From Chara braunii (lineage: Eukaryota; Plantae; Charophyceae): a stretch of 56,149 nucleotides of DNA. A model generated the notes under the pieces. It saw only the letters and a list, made by a program, of their open reading frames with translations. It ran no database searches and was not told the DNA's origin. The position numbers and the translations under genes were made by a program. Positions within the stretch are counted from its first letter, which is position 1; every line of letters begins with the position of its first letter. Where the stretch lies: the NCBI GenBank assembly GCA_003427395.1, contig BFEA01000029.1, positions 1,474,976 through 1,531,124 of the forward strand, read 5' to 3'. This document shows positions 39,068-50,100 of this stretch, in pieces.

Positions 39068-40991
39068 CTACATCGTCGAACGACCACGGATGGCGGCAAC
39101 GATCTCTTAAAGTGCGTGACACATCATCCTCTGCGTATCGTCGGACGCCGCATAGTGCGCGTTTTGGACCGCTACTTCCTGCGCGAGTATGTCGCACTGC
39201 TGTTCTTGTATGTCGCATTGCCTCGATGAAATGTTGCATTGCCGTTTGCTGGACGATTCAATCATCGACGACATCAGTTCGCCATTGCGGTCCATGACAT
39301 CAGCGATGGACTCCAGCGCCTGTTGGCGCGCATTCGTACGCTTCCCGCCTCCGGCAACACTGCAAGCGTTCACGTCGGAGTCCCTTGTAGAAGATCTTTC
39401 TTAAGCGCAACCGTCACCACCGCCCTCACTATCAACAGACTCCCCACCACCCGCTCCTCTCCAGGGCAGCTGCACCCCGTCCGGACTGCCGGTGTCGGCG
39501 ATGTTGGGAGGGAAAATAGTATGGTTCCCCAACATGCCGGAGTGGATCTCGTTGTACAGCACCCTCTCCATCCGGAACTTGAAGTTGTGCTCCTTCCTTT
39601 CGTCGTTGGACAACTTGAAGAAATCTGGTCGCCCGCTCGCGTTCTGAAACCTCTGTATCTTCTTGTAGTTTTGGAACAAATTGTCCCATTTCTTCATGCA
39701 GTCGTCTGCGTCTTTAGGGCTCCCACCGTTCGCCATGCGCTTCGCAATGTCGACCCACTTCCACTCCTTCGTCCGCATCCGGCCGTAATTGTGGCCTCTT
39801 CATGGGAGGCCTTGGTAAATCTATGCCAGTAACAAGGTTGACTTTCTTAATTGGCACTCTTTCTCTTTGTGGAGTTCCTCCTTTTGCTTGTTTTTGGTCA
39901 AAAGATAAAATTATTGCTGATGCTTGGAAATATAATTTTAATTTAGGCTTGATTGCTTGGATTACAGCGGGATTACCTGGCTTTTATATGTTCAGCCCAG
40001 CGAGGTGCATCTCCTGCTCCCGCTTGCATCTGACGAGGAGCATCTGCTCGTCTGTCGACCAGTACGTCGCAGACTTCCCTCCGTCGTCGGTGACGCCACC
40101 TCTGCCGCCACGGCCAACGGATTGACCATGGCCACCACGGTTGCTGCGTCCAATACCCCTACCACCCGTCTTCCCCACAGGCCGAACAACATTGTCGTCG
40201 TCGTCGTCCCCCGCTTCGACTTCCTCCCTGAATCCATCGTCGGCATCGTCACCGCCACAACCATCGTCGTCGCCGACATCGCTGTGTGCCCGCATGTTCG
40301 ACACGCCTCGAGTGATGTTCTCCACACTGGCTCTTGAACCCGCCAGTGGTCTGCAGGCGCCCTCGTCCCTCCCTTCGGGTGGCGCGGGTGTTGTTCGGTT
40401 CAGCATTGACGAGCGTGCACCGCTGGTGCGCAGGGACGCTGCTGCGGCAGCAGTGCGCACGTCCCAGTTATCCGTCAATCGTTCCCCGGACGGCGCACTC
40501 GATACATGCTGCCGGGCTGCTGGCGAAGACCCGACACCGCCAACGACGGACGCGCCGCCACGTACTGTGGAAGGTCCCGTNTGCTCCCTTCGAGGCTGCT
40601 GCAGGCCACGTGCGGAAGCATGGGCGGCGNTGATGACCGTGCNGCTCGCCTCCNTGGCACCGCCAGAACTCAAGCCGAACCGGAGATCAACTCCCCCGTC
40701 GTCGTCGTCTCCCAACCCTTGCTGCAGGAGTGACGTGTACTNGCCTCGTTCGTTGCTCGCCGACCCGCCTACGAGCACCGTCTGCGACAACAGCTGCGTN
40801 GACCCGCTGGCNAGAGGAAACGTTGGAAGTTCATCCCCCTCCGGCTCCTCGTCCGAGGGAGGCAGCGGCGTCTCCCACGACGGCAGATGGCTGTACATGG
40901 ACGGGTCGTACCGCCGTGAAGGCTCCGTCGTCGCAGGTCTTCTTCCGCCCTCAGCTGCAGGCAGAATAGCGCGTGCCTTCATGCCCGCCAT
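39068..40991 (-). pseudogene. Harbinger Myb/SANT (trihelix-like) DNA-binding protein, disrupted
   Basis: [23 protein letters not shown] | [21 protein letters not shown]...DDCMKKWDNLFQNYKKI followed by a C-terminal coiled coil. Split by a 196-bp insert; in-frame TAA stops at 39401-39403 and 39107-39109. Confidence 0.9.
39797..39992 (+). pseudogene. ndhF: Plastid ndhF fragment (NUPT)
   Basis: AT-rich island in GC-rich DNA. It translates as [43 protein letters not shown]...[14 protein letters not shown], matching the plastid NdhF signature GTLSLCGIPPxACFWSKD...TAGLTxFYMF. Confidence 0.92.
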
Positions 40992-43504
40992 GGGACGTTC
41001 CTCTTGAAGCACAGCGCGTTTCGTCGACGCCCTGCGCTTTCAACGTTGCTTCCACGGCCGGCACGACAAGCACACGTGGAGGAAGACGACAAAGAGGAAA
41101 ACGACCACCACGAGCAGCAGCAGCAGAGGCAATCTCCTCTGCAAATCTGCCATGAATTCGACGTCGACAGGCGACCTTGCACGTGACGTCCTGCTGAACT
41201 TTCTCCTTGCATGCCCGCGGACAAGGCCGCTGGACCTTCATATGCCGTCGACCGCCAGCGAAGACGACAAANGTTGGCGCCNCCGATTCAAAAACTGACC
41301 GTTGGCGCCCACGCCGCCTCCGTGTGTCGTCGTGCAGACGTCTGGGAACTCCTCCGTTGCCTGCACCCGAGCCAACGGTCTGCAACGGCCGCCCGCCTGG
41401 CCACGCTTCGCCCCGCCTGCTCCACCCCACTGTCCAACGGCTACCAGTGGGGGCCGTTGCCGTCATCGACCGCCAGAAAACCTCCGATGTCCGCCCACCG
41501 GCCCGATGGACCTCTCCTGGACCAGCTCCTCCGTGTCGACGGTGCCATTCTCACGACGCGACGACTCCGTGAAATGCGGGAATCCTAAATTTTTCAGTAG
41601 GTCCGGGGCTACTGGAAAATTTAGGACGATTTGGCTGGGGAATCCTAAATCTTTTAGGACGAGTCCTAACGCCGTTTTCACATTTTCGATTCCCGCGTCC
41701 CATTTAGGACTGCGTGCAACCAAGACGCAATCCTAAAAACAGGAACTTTTAGGAGTGTCTAACGAGACCCTTAGTCCCTCTCCTCACCCTGCAGCGTCAG
41801 TAACAGTTGCCCGCCTTCAGGGATCAGGGCTCGGAGGTCTGACCTCCACAAATTGTTTCTGTGATTGATATCTGCTAACAGATTCGGGGTCTGATCTTGG
41901 CAGATTCTAGGCCCGCTGGTTGCAGCTCCGCTGCCACTATCGCTGAATCTGAGTCTGCCTAGGTCTCAGCTCAACCCCTAACTTGAGTCCACGAATCTTG
42001 GTGAGTTCATTTCCTGAGGCGACGGTGTCGGCTGACTGGGCTCAAGCCCGCTGAGACCAGGAGGTTGAATCATGTGCTTGTTGTTTCTGTTCCCAGATGA
42101 TATCTGTTTGCTGGTTCGATTCCTGCTGGCCCAAGTTTACCGTGATCGGCAGGCTAAGTCCTTGAGTCCGCCCATCCGCTGATCCGCGTTTGGCTGGCAC
42201 GTGATTCGCAGACCGGCGGCTGTTCACTTTGGCTTTGCCGCCCGGAGATCGCTACCGCTGAGCGGTTTTCTGAATTTTGGTCTCTGGTCCGATCTTTATC
42301 TGGTCTTAGTCTGTTGAGGTCTGGTATCAATCTGTCTTGAATCTGATCAAAGTTCTGAACTTAGTGGTCCTATGTGGTCTCAAGTCTGAGTCCAAAGCCG
42401 CAGCTTCAAACCTGAGTCCCGCTGCTGCGGCTAGAGCCTGATTTCTGGAATCTGCAATCCCCTGTTCCCCGAGTCTGAGTTTCGCCGCTGCCTGCCATAG
42501 TCTGCAGGTTCTCGCTCCTGAGGCTGTTCTTTGAAAAGGATCTTGAGTCCAATCCCGAGTTTGATCCCAGGTTTGTCCCTGTAAGAGGGTTAAGCTGGCC
42601 TTTGCAGACCGGGATTTGCAGAGTTTTCTCCACGGTGTCTCTGAGTTTGCTGTCTCAGCATTTCTGTCGCTGCTCTTTGCAAAGCTTCTGCCGAATTTGT
42701 TTCATTGCCCAATTCCTGATCCTCCTGTGCTCTCGCAGGGGACTGTTGTACCCGGACTGTTGGTTTAGGCCGTTGGTTCAGACCAGGAGTCACAATTTTA
42801 CTGATTACGATTTTCATAGCCTCTGTGTACTATTTGACCACCCAGAATTGTTACCAGCCACTGCGTATTACTAAAGTAGAATAAATAAATAGGGAAAATA
42901 ATGAAACCAGTGGTATTGACAGAGTAGACAACAGACAACCATCTCCTTCCTCTAGAAGTGAGGAATCGCCCCTCCCATGGCGAAAACTTCCCTCACGTGG
43001 CAGGCTTCCAGCACCCAAGTATTAATGGAGTTCGTGAATTATCCAATGGCATTTTTGAGATTTTATGCGTTGATAATGGCAATGTTGGAAACCCCGGTTG
43101 GGGAACGCTCCGCTCACTACCTTCCTGGCTTTTCTTACTCTTTTCTCCCCTCTTGAAAGTCTCTCCATGCCATGCCACTCACTCCTATCTCCACGGGCCA
43201 GGTAGTGAAAAAGATTTATTTGGAGCAAGTGAATGTGAAATGAGACTCGCTGGAGAAGGATCTCCCTTCCTTCAGTATTCTGTCTCCTTGCTCCATGCAT
43301 TCCCTCACAACTGTGTGTCTCCTGTCTGTGTGTATTCCTTTGTTCTATCCCTGCGTCCGTGTTCCACACATGTATCTCTTGAGATCGAAGTGCCTGATGA
43401 ATCCTGGTCCAGAACTTGGCAGGGTGCGTCTGGGAGGCCGAGCCCTGCGATTTGATACCAGCGACTTGGCGATTTTCCATACTCAGAGGAATTCACCAAC
43501 AGTT

Positions 43505-44216
43505 CTGAAATTTCGAGGGTCGGTAGATTAGGCTGTGATCTTTCCAGGAAAAATGAGAGAAAAAGTAGGACAAATAGTTTCGACAGTGAAACCGTCGCCG
43601 CGCCGTTTTGATGCATCTTCCAGTTTTACCGCTGTGCCGTTCGTAGGCCAATGGGAAAAGTACTCTCCCTTTAGCGATTTTTCGCGCCCCAACGAATGCG
43701 TTTTGGAGTCTGTAATTTTAAGGTCCCGTAGGTTTGCTCGAGATATTTCCAGGAAAAATAAGAGAAAAATTATGAAAAATCTTTTCGTCAGTGAAACAGT
43801 CGCCGCGCCGTTTTGATGCATACTTCCAGTTTTACCGCTGTGCCGTTCGTAGGCCAACGGGAAAAGTACTCTTCCTGTTGCGATTTTTCTCGCCCCAACG
43901 AATGCGTTTTGGAGTCTGTAAATCTAAGTTCCCGTAGGTTTGCTCAAGATCTTTCCAGGAAAAATAAGGGAAAAATTAGGAAAAATCGTTTCATCAGTGA
44001 AACAGTCGCCGCGCCGTTTTGATGCATACTTCCAGTTTTACCGCTGTGCCGTTCGTAGGCCAACGGGAAAAATACTCTTCCTGGTGCGATTTTTCTCGCC
44101 CCAACGAATGCGTTTTGGAGTCTGTAATTTTAAGGTCCCATAGGTTTGCTGGAGATCTTTCCAGGAAAAATAAGAGAGAAATGAGGAAAAATCGTTTCGT
44201 CAGTGAAACAGTCGCA
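43505..44216 (+). repeat. 206-bp tandem repeat (~3.5 copies) inside the 5' LTR
   Basis: CAGTCGCCGCGCCGTTTTGATGCAT at ~43592, 43797 and 44003, with a partial copy at 44209. Confidence 0.92.
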
Positions 44217-45494
44217 TTTGGTGCATATTCAATTTTACCACAGTCCCGTTTGTAGATCAACGGGAAAAGTAATCCCACCGCTGTAATCCACCGCCGCTTC
44301 GTGCATTTCATTACTCGCGTGTCCCGGATATCTCCCCACTTCCGTGATTGGAAGACTGATTGGTCTCCGTGTGCTGATTAGGTAGGTAAATATCCCCCTT
44401 CGGTGCGCCTCTACCAGCGAGATCGAGGAGCTTACCCCCACTGCCGTGCGTAGGCCACCGTGCACTATTGTACCAGTTCGCTGGTGAGTACACAACAACA
44501 GGTACATTTCGAATGCACCAGGTCGGGGGCTCGTGTCCCCAGGGACCACCCGCACACTCCTGTGTGCCGGCACTACATGTAGCCCTCCTTGAGCTAGCAC
44601 TCGAGTGCCAGCCCCGTCTGCGTTTCTTGTGTGCGTCCGAGAAGTGTCCCCAATCTGGGCCCAGTTGGGCTTATATACTTTGTTGGGCCCAACTTCACAT
44701 GCCTCAGTTCTGGTCTCAACCTCCCAAGTGTCGGGCGCTGTCGAGAAACTTGCAGGGCCCCGGTACCCAGCCTCCTCCCGAACCTAGGGCCGGGCCTATT
44801 TGGTGCCCCGAAAAGTTACTTGTCAAGAGGGCCCTTTTGTCGGGTACCGGCCTTTTGCAGCGCCTTGGTACCAGGCCTGCTTCCGAGCCTGATCCCTGCC
44901 TGCCTTGGCCTTCTAAGTGAGAATTAACAAAGCCCCGTCGAAAAAAACGCAGGGCCCGGTACTGAGAAAAATAGGGGTCCTCCCTTCAGAGCGCCCATTT
45001 GTAGTCAAAGGCTCCCATTGGTCTTGGGCCCGGTGACAAATGTCAAGGCCCCGTCGATGCTGGCGCAGTGATTTCCTCCGTTCTCGGCCCTGCGGTAATT
45101 CCCCACTGTCGTAGCTTCCCAGTTCACCGGCGGGCTTGACGCAACTCTTGAGATACCTTCACTCTGTAATTTTAATTCGACGGCGGTGACAAGTTCCGGT
45201 CGCCCGATCACATACCTCCATTCAGCGTTAGAATTGTCCGGTCTTACTGAAATAATAAATTCTCCGGCTACCGCCGAGTCTTAGAAAAATCACCCTCCTA
45301 GGCCCATATTTTCCCATAGTCTCGTCTGACCGTGGTTTCTCCCGTGTCGTCTCTCCTTCATCAGTCGATCGTCTCCCGTTCGCTCGGTCCGCAAGGTGAA
45401 AACCGTCGGAACTGGTCACTGTGTGAAGTCTGACCGTCAACTATAGACTTTTCAAAGGAACTAAAGGGCGGCGTAAGGCTTGGGCCGCCCGACA

Positions 45495-46345
45495 CCGGGC
45501 GCCCGTATCTATTAACTGAGTTAACTCAATGATACTACTTCGCTGCCTAACCTCTGCGCTCTTGTCCTTATTTGAAAGAAATGATCCTCCTTCTGGTATC
45601 GCCGAGGTTTAGTAGCCTTTGTCTGGCTACCTTAAGCATGCCAATATTTACTCTTAGGTGCCCACGTCGATATCAACGTCTTCAGATAAGGACAAGAGCG
45701 CAGAGGTTAGGCAGCGAAGTAGTATCATTGAGGTAACTCAGTTAATAGATACGGGCGCCCGGGGAGGTCACCCATTGTACAAGTTTGTCTGGGTTGCCCA
45801 ACTGGATGACCTTGGTGACACATAATACAAAGTAAGATCAAGTGGTTTTCATTAGGAATTGACAATTTTGTTTTTCCCTTTCCTACCAAATATATGTGAA
45901 TTTTGAAAAAATTGATCGATGAAAAAGGAAGATTCACCTTGTTAAGTTTAACTTTCATAAATGACTTTACGATGTGAGGAATAAGCAACAACTTCAAGCT
46001 ACAAGTGAAAAATTGTTCTTCATTTATCTAAAAGGATAAAAGTTTTAGAAAAACTGATCGATGAAACATAAAAACTGAATCTAACTTTCGTAAATGACTT
46101 TAAGATGTGAGGAATAAGCAGTAGTTTCAAGCTACAAGTGAAAATTTGTTCTTCATTCAAGTTTATCTAAAAGGATGAGATTTCACTTAATTTTTGAAGC
46201 TGATAGTTAAACTTAGTAAGGTGAGTCTTCCTTTTTCATCGATTCATTTATTTCAAGTTAACATGTGCTACTGCTTATTCTTCACACCCTAAAGTCATTT
46301 TAAAAAGTGAAACTTAGCAAGATCAGTCTTTATTTTTTATCGATT
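45495..46345. mobile_element. Fold-back element, right part (hairpin core plus AT-rich arm)
   Basis: 45495-~45575 is the near-perfect inverted complement of ~45680-45762. 45761-~45950 is inverted relative to 17036-17225. Confidence 0.78.
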
Positions 46346-46373
46346 CATTTGTTCAAACTTGTATTGGTCAGAA

Positions 46374-46381
<8 letters not shown>

Positions 46382-46415
<34 letters not shown>

Positions 46416-46615
46416 TCAAATAGAACTGCCCGGTAAACCGTAGGCAGAGAGGGAGAAGAGGACAAAAAACGAGGGGCTGTGACAAACTGTTTCGTCGGAG
46501 TTTATATATATATATATATATATATCGTCAAATAGAACTGCCCGGTAAACCGTAGGCAGAGAGGGAGAAGAGGACAACAAACGAGGGGCTGTGACAAACT
46601 GTTTCGTCGGAGTTT
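46382..46615 (+). repeat. ~112-bp tandem duplication anchored on (TA)n
   Basis: (TA)n-TCGTCAAATAGAACTGCCCGG...TTTCGTCGGAGTTT occurs twice. Confidence 0.9.
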
Positions 46616-47322
46616 CACCGACTCATATATATTGTCAATGATTAATAAAAAATAACTTTATATCAATTTATAATTTATGTTACTGGGGTCGTTCAACCTA
46701 GGCTGTCCAACCGGTGACCTTGGCAAACATGCATGGGGAGCTACCCACCCGGGGTACCTAAGCGACACCAAAAGGGGGGTCTTTTTGTTTTTGGGCAGTG
46801 AAGCAATTTTTGCACCAATGAGATGTGCCCAAATTTGACTTTATCTTTGAATTTGGTGATATCTCACTAAACGATGACTAGAGGTATAAGCGGGGTTCAA
46901 AAGGGCTCGAAGGAGTTGAAATGGGCTTAAAGGGGTATGATACTAGGAATATTTTCATGACCAGCCGCTCTGGACCGACCTGTCAGCCGGGTTTGACGTC
47001 GGGAGGGTTTGGCGCCCAGGATATCCGGGCATGGGAAAAAAAAAAAAAAAAAACAAACAATTTGGCGGTGGTTGTTTTCCGTGCTCTCCGAGAGGAGCCT
47101 CAATCCAAGCTCTTTTCTTTTTTTGAGTGTTGGCCGTCAAGGGGGGGGAAGGGGAGTATAAATGAATTTTAATGGGGCTACTAGGGTTTCAAGGGGGGTG
47201 CCTTGGTGTGATTTGGTTATTTTTTTTTTTATCTTTAGTTCCATGGGCAATTTTGATGTGACCGTCAACCAAAGGTTGTTTATATTGCGATTCTACACAA
47301 CACATTTTTTGCGTTGGGGCTG

Positions 47323-47477
47323 TCCGGGCCCATGGCAGGGGGTCATGCCTGACTGGTCACCCGGTCGCCAAACTGGGCGTGATATTGGGACCCGGGCTGC
47401 CCGGGCCCATGGGCAGGGTTCATGCCCGACCGTCACCCGATCGCCAAACCGGGCATGATGTCGGGACCCGGACGCCC
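47323..47477 (+). repeat. ~78-bp GC-rich tandem duplication
   Basis: CCGGGCCCATGG...TCATGCC...GTCACCCG...TCGCCAAAC...GGGACCCGG occurs twice. Confidence 0.8.
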
Positions 47478-49344
47478 AATATATCTCCCTAGGTATGATA
47501 TAATTTATTATTATTATTATTATTTTTAAATGTATAACTATAATTTCATTGTACAGTTGGACTCGGACAAGGAACGGCAACTCACTAGCGTACACAACAG
47601 CAGTTCGCTTTACTGAGGAAAGGGGATGAGGACCTAGGTTACGAGATGTCTGATCGGAGACGTTTCCGTCAGACGTCTGGTGAGGGGTTTGTTCGAAATC
47701 CCGAACAAATCATTTTTTCCAAAATAAATACCTAAAAAAAATAAAAAATGGGGAGGGGCTGCACTACATGAGGTAACCCCATAAAAAAAAATTCAGCTCA
47801 TTTGGAGCAAAAAAAAAAAAAATCCAAAACATGGGAAAATGGGGTTCCGCGGGGGGGGGAGGGGGAGGGGAGGGAGGGGGGGGGGGGGGGGGGTGTGCAT
47901 GATTGAAATTGACCCCAATAAGATGGACCCGTTTGGTTGAAAATGATACAAACATCTTTGGAGATTTTTTTTTTTTTTTTCTATGGGCTCAAATGACCCA
48001 AAACTTTTGTGGCATATACCTCATGTGAGGGAGAACCCACAAAAAAAATAGTTCTTTTTATTTTTATTTTTTCTAAACCACTAGTACCTCCAAGCCTATT
48101 TTCGACAAGTTTTGGTCTACCTCTGAACTTTCAGGAGGCCGAACCCGACAACGGTTGTCGTTTATCAATCTGATCGGCGGCTGCCGTTTCGTTTCGGCCT
48201 CTTGAAAGGTTGGAGGCCGAGTATTTTCGAACCGACAAAGGCACTAGTGGTTTGAAGAGGGTTGGACATACTGTCTCCGGAGGACGTCTCCCCAGTTGTC
48301 CGACCGGACAAGTCGGACATCCAGAGGGGGCCTGAACGTCCGCCCTGGTAAGCTAGATGAGGACACATTTCCCTTAAGCCACCGCTGCATTTCCCAGGTA
48401 ACTTCAAGAATAAAAAATACAATATTGTGGGTTCTTTGGAGGTTGGGCGGTACTGGACCAAAATAGTTGGTTGCACCAGCCAAAAAGGAAAAAAATTGCG
48501 TAGGCGCTTTGACAAAGCTTGGTGTACAAAGGGAATCCACCGCGGCAAACGAAGGCTCGGAGGTAATGGTGGTTTTAACCACCAGCTCACACGAGCCTAA
48601 GTTGACAAGCTACCTTCTAATGCTCGTGAGCCTCTAACACAAGCAATTTTATTAAAATAGACATATTTTTCTTTTATGACGAAATTGAAACCTCATAAAT
48701 TGACCCGAGTTAAGTAGAAATTTTAAGCTTTAAAGGGTCCGACGTCCTTAAAATGTAGGACCCCTTGAATGTATGTGGACCTAAGGGGTATATCATTTTC
48801 AGGAGGTACGACGTTCAGAAAATGTCGTACCTCCTAGATGTATGTGTACCACGAACTAAATCGGACCAATTTATGATGTTTCGATTTTGTTCTTAAATTA
48901 AATATATCCATTTTTACGAAATTGTTGTTTAAGTGTTTTTTTTTTCAAAGTGGCCTTCGACCTTGCCCACCAGCACTGACTCAAAGAGCCCAACCAATTG
49001 AATTACCTGACAAATCTGGACTGGACAGTCTTTCATGCGTTTTTAATAGTCATTATAGTATTATTGGGTATCTCTTAGCATCCGTGTTCATCCCTCCAAC
49101 GAGGGAAGATGCTAGAGATGCACCCACCACCAGGTGCGATACCCGCTACAGCAAGTGGGTGATACCGTTCAGGGGGCAACCAATAGCATTAGGATCGAGC
49201 TTCATCGGAGTGGTGAATCGCTCCTCTCCAATCCCCTCCCCCTACGACCATTAGCAGTTACTGTAGTAGCTGCTTAATATTGATTGGTTGGGCCAATGGT
49301 GTATCTCCAAATGGCGGGCACTGAGTGTGCCAGGTAGGTACGTT

Positions 49345-49411
49345 AGGCCAATTGGAATTGAACCCAAGATCTTATGAATTCCACATGTGTACCTTGCCAA
49401 CTGAATTAGGC
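49345..49411 (-). other. tRNA-like/SINE remnant
   Basis: Minus strand A-box-like TAATTCAGTTGG and B-box-like GGTTCAATTCC at tRNA-like spacing; no full cloverleaf. Confidence 0.3.
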
Positions 49412-49605
49412 TACTGACGCCCAACATAGCTTGAGGTGCACTGGCCTTAAATCACCAATACTTGGCCCAACTATCAAGCCTGAGACTCGACCGACCGGTA
49501 GGCCGATCCGTGCCGAGGCCCGGACTACTGGGCGTTCAATTCCTGGACCTACTCATGAAAGATACAAAAAAGAAAATGGAAAAGAGAACAGACTTGCTTT
49601 TCGTT

Positions 49606-49717
<112 letters not shown>

Positions 49718-49786
49718 GGCAAGGTTCTCTGTTATTTTTCTCTGTATTATTTCTTGAGGGATTCGGTGATCCAGGGGCGAGGAGAA

Positions 49787-49894
<108 letters not shown>

Positions 49895-50019
49895 CCCTGC
49901 ATCTTATTGTTTTTTACCGTTGCTTTTCTTTGTCTTTTAATGTTTTCTAATTTGTTTTTCTTTTCTCTTCTCTCTATTCAATTGTGTCGTCCCCAAAACC
50001 GCGTTGCCGGGCCTTACTT

Positions 50020-50055
50020 CTGTCTCTTATACACATCTAGATGTGTATAAGAGAC

Positions 50056-50057
<2 letters not shown>
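50020..50057. other. Nextera mate-pair junction adapter (assembly artefact)
   Basis: Exact CTGTCTCTTATACACATCT+AGATGTGTATAAGAGACAG (two Tn5 mosaic ends back to back), flanked by a duplicated segment. Confidence 0.98.

Positions 50058-50100
<43 letters not shown>

Larger units (their letters stand above)
32309..41770. mobile_element. PIF/Harbinger DNA transposon, 9462 bp including N gaps, three ORFs
   Basis: Perfect 25-bp TIR GGGTCTCGTTAGACACTCCTAAAAG (32309-32333 / 41746-41770). TTA TSD (32306-32308, 41771-41773). The empty site TACGGTTAGTCCC is in the sister LTR (~17525-17537). Subterminal TCCTAAA/TTTAGGA repeats. Confidence 0.96.
17226..45494 (-). mobile_element. Non-autonomous Ty3/Gypsy-type LTR retrotransposon (gag-like ORF only) carrying nested L1 and Harbinger
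   Basis: Two LTR copies start TGTCGACCGGTAGAAG (17226, 32002) and end GGGCCGCCCGACA (28144, 45494). Termini are TGTCG...CGACA. PBS and PPT lie on the minus strand. Flanks are TCGG/CCGG (4-bp TSD, one mismatch). Confidence 0.92.
32002..45494 (-). repeat. 5' LTR (~4.0 kb after removing the Harbinger insertion)
   Basis: Same termini as the other LTR and adjacent to the PBS. Confidence 0.9.

Noticed and set aside
39107-39403. In-frame TAA stops in the Myb ORF as Harbinger excision footprints
   Set aside because: Single-codon substitutions explain them equally well; no evidence of added bases without a consensus.
43451-43460. TGGTATCA (minus strand) as a tRNA-Met PBS of another nested LTR element
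   Set aside because: Only 8 nt match, it is not preceded by an LTR CA end, and no matching LTR pair was found.
50020-50057. Perfect palindrome or Tn5 ends as a real transposon
   Set aside because: Identical to the Nextera mate-pair junction adapter.
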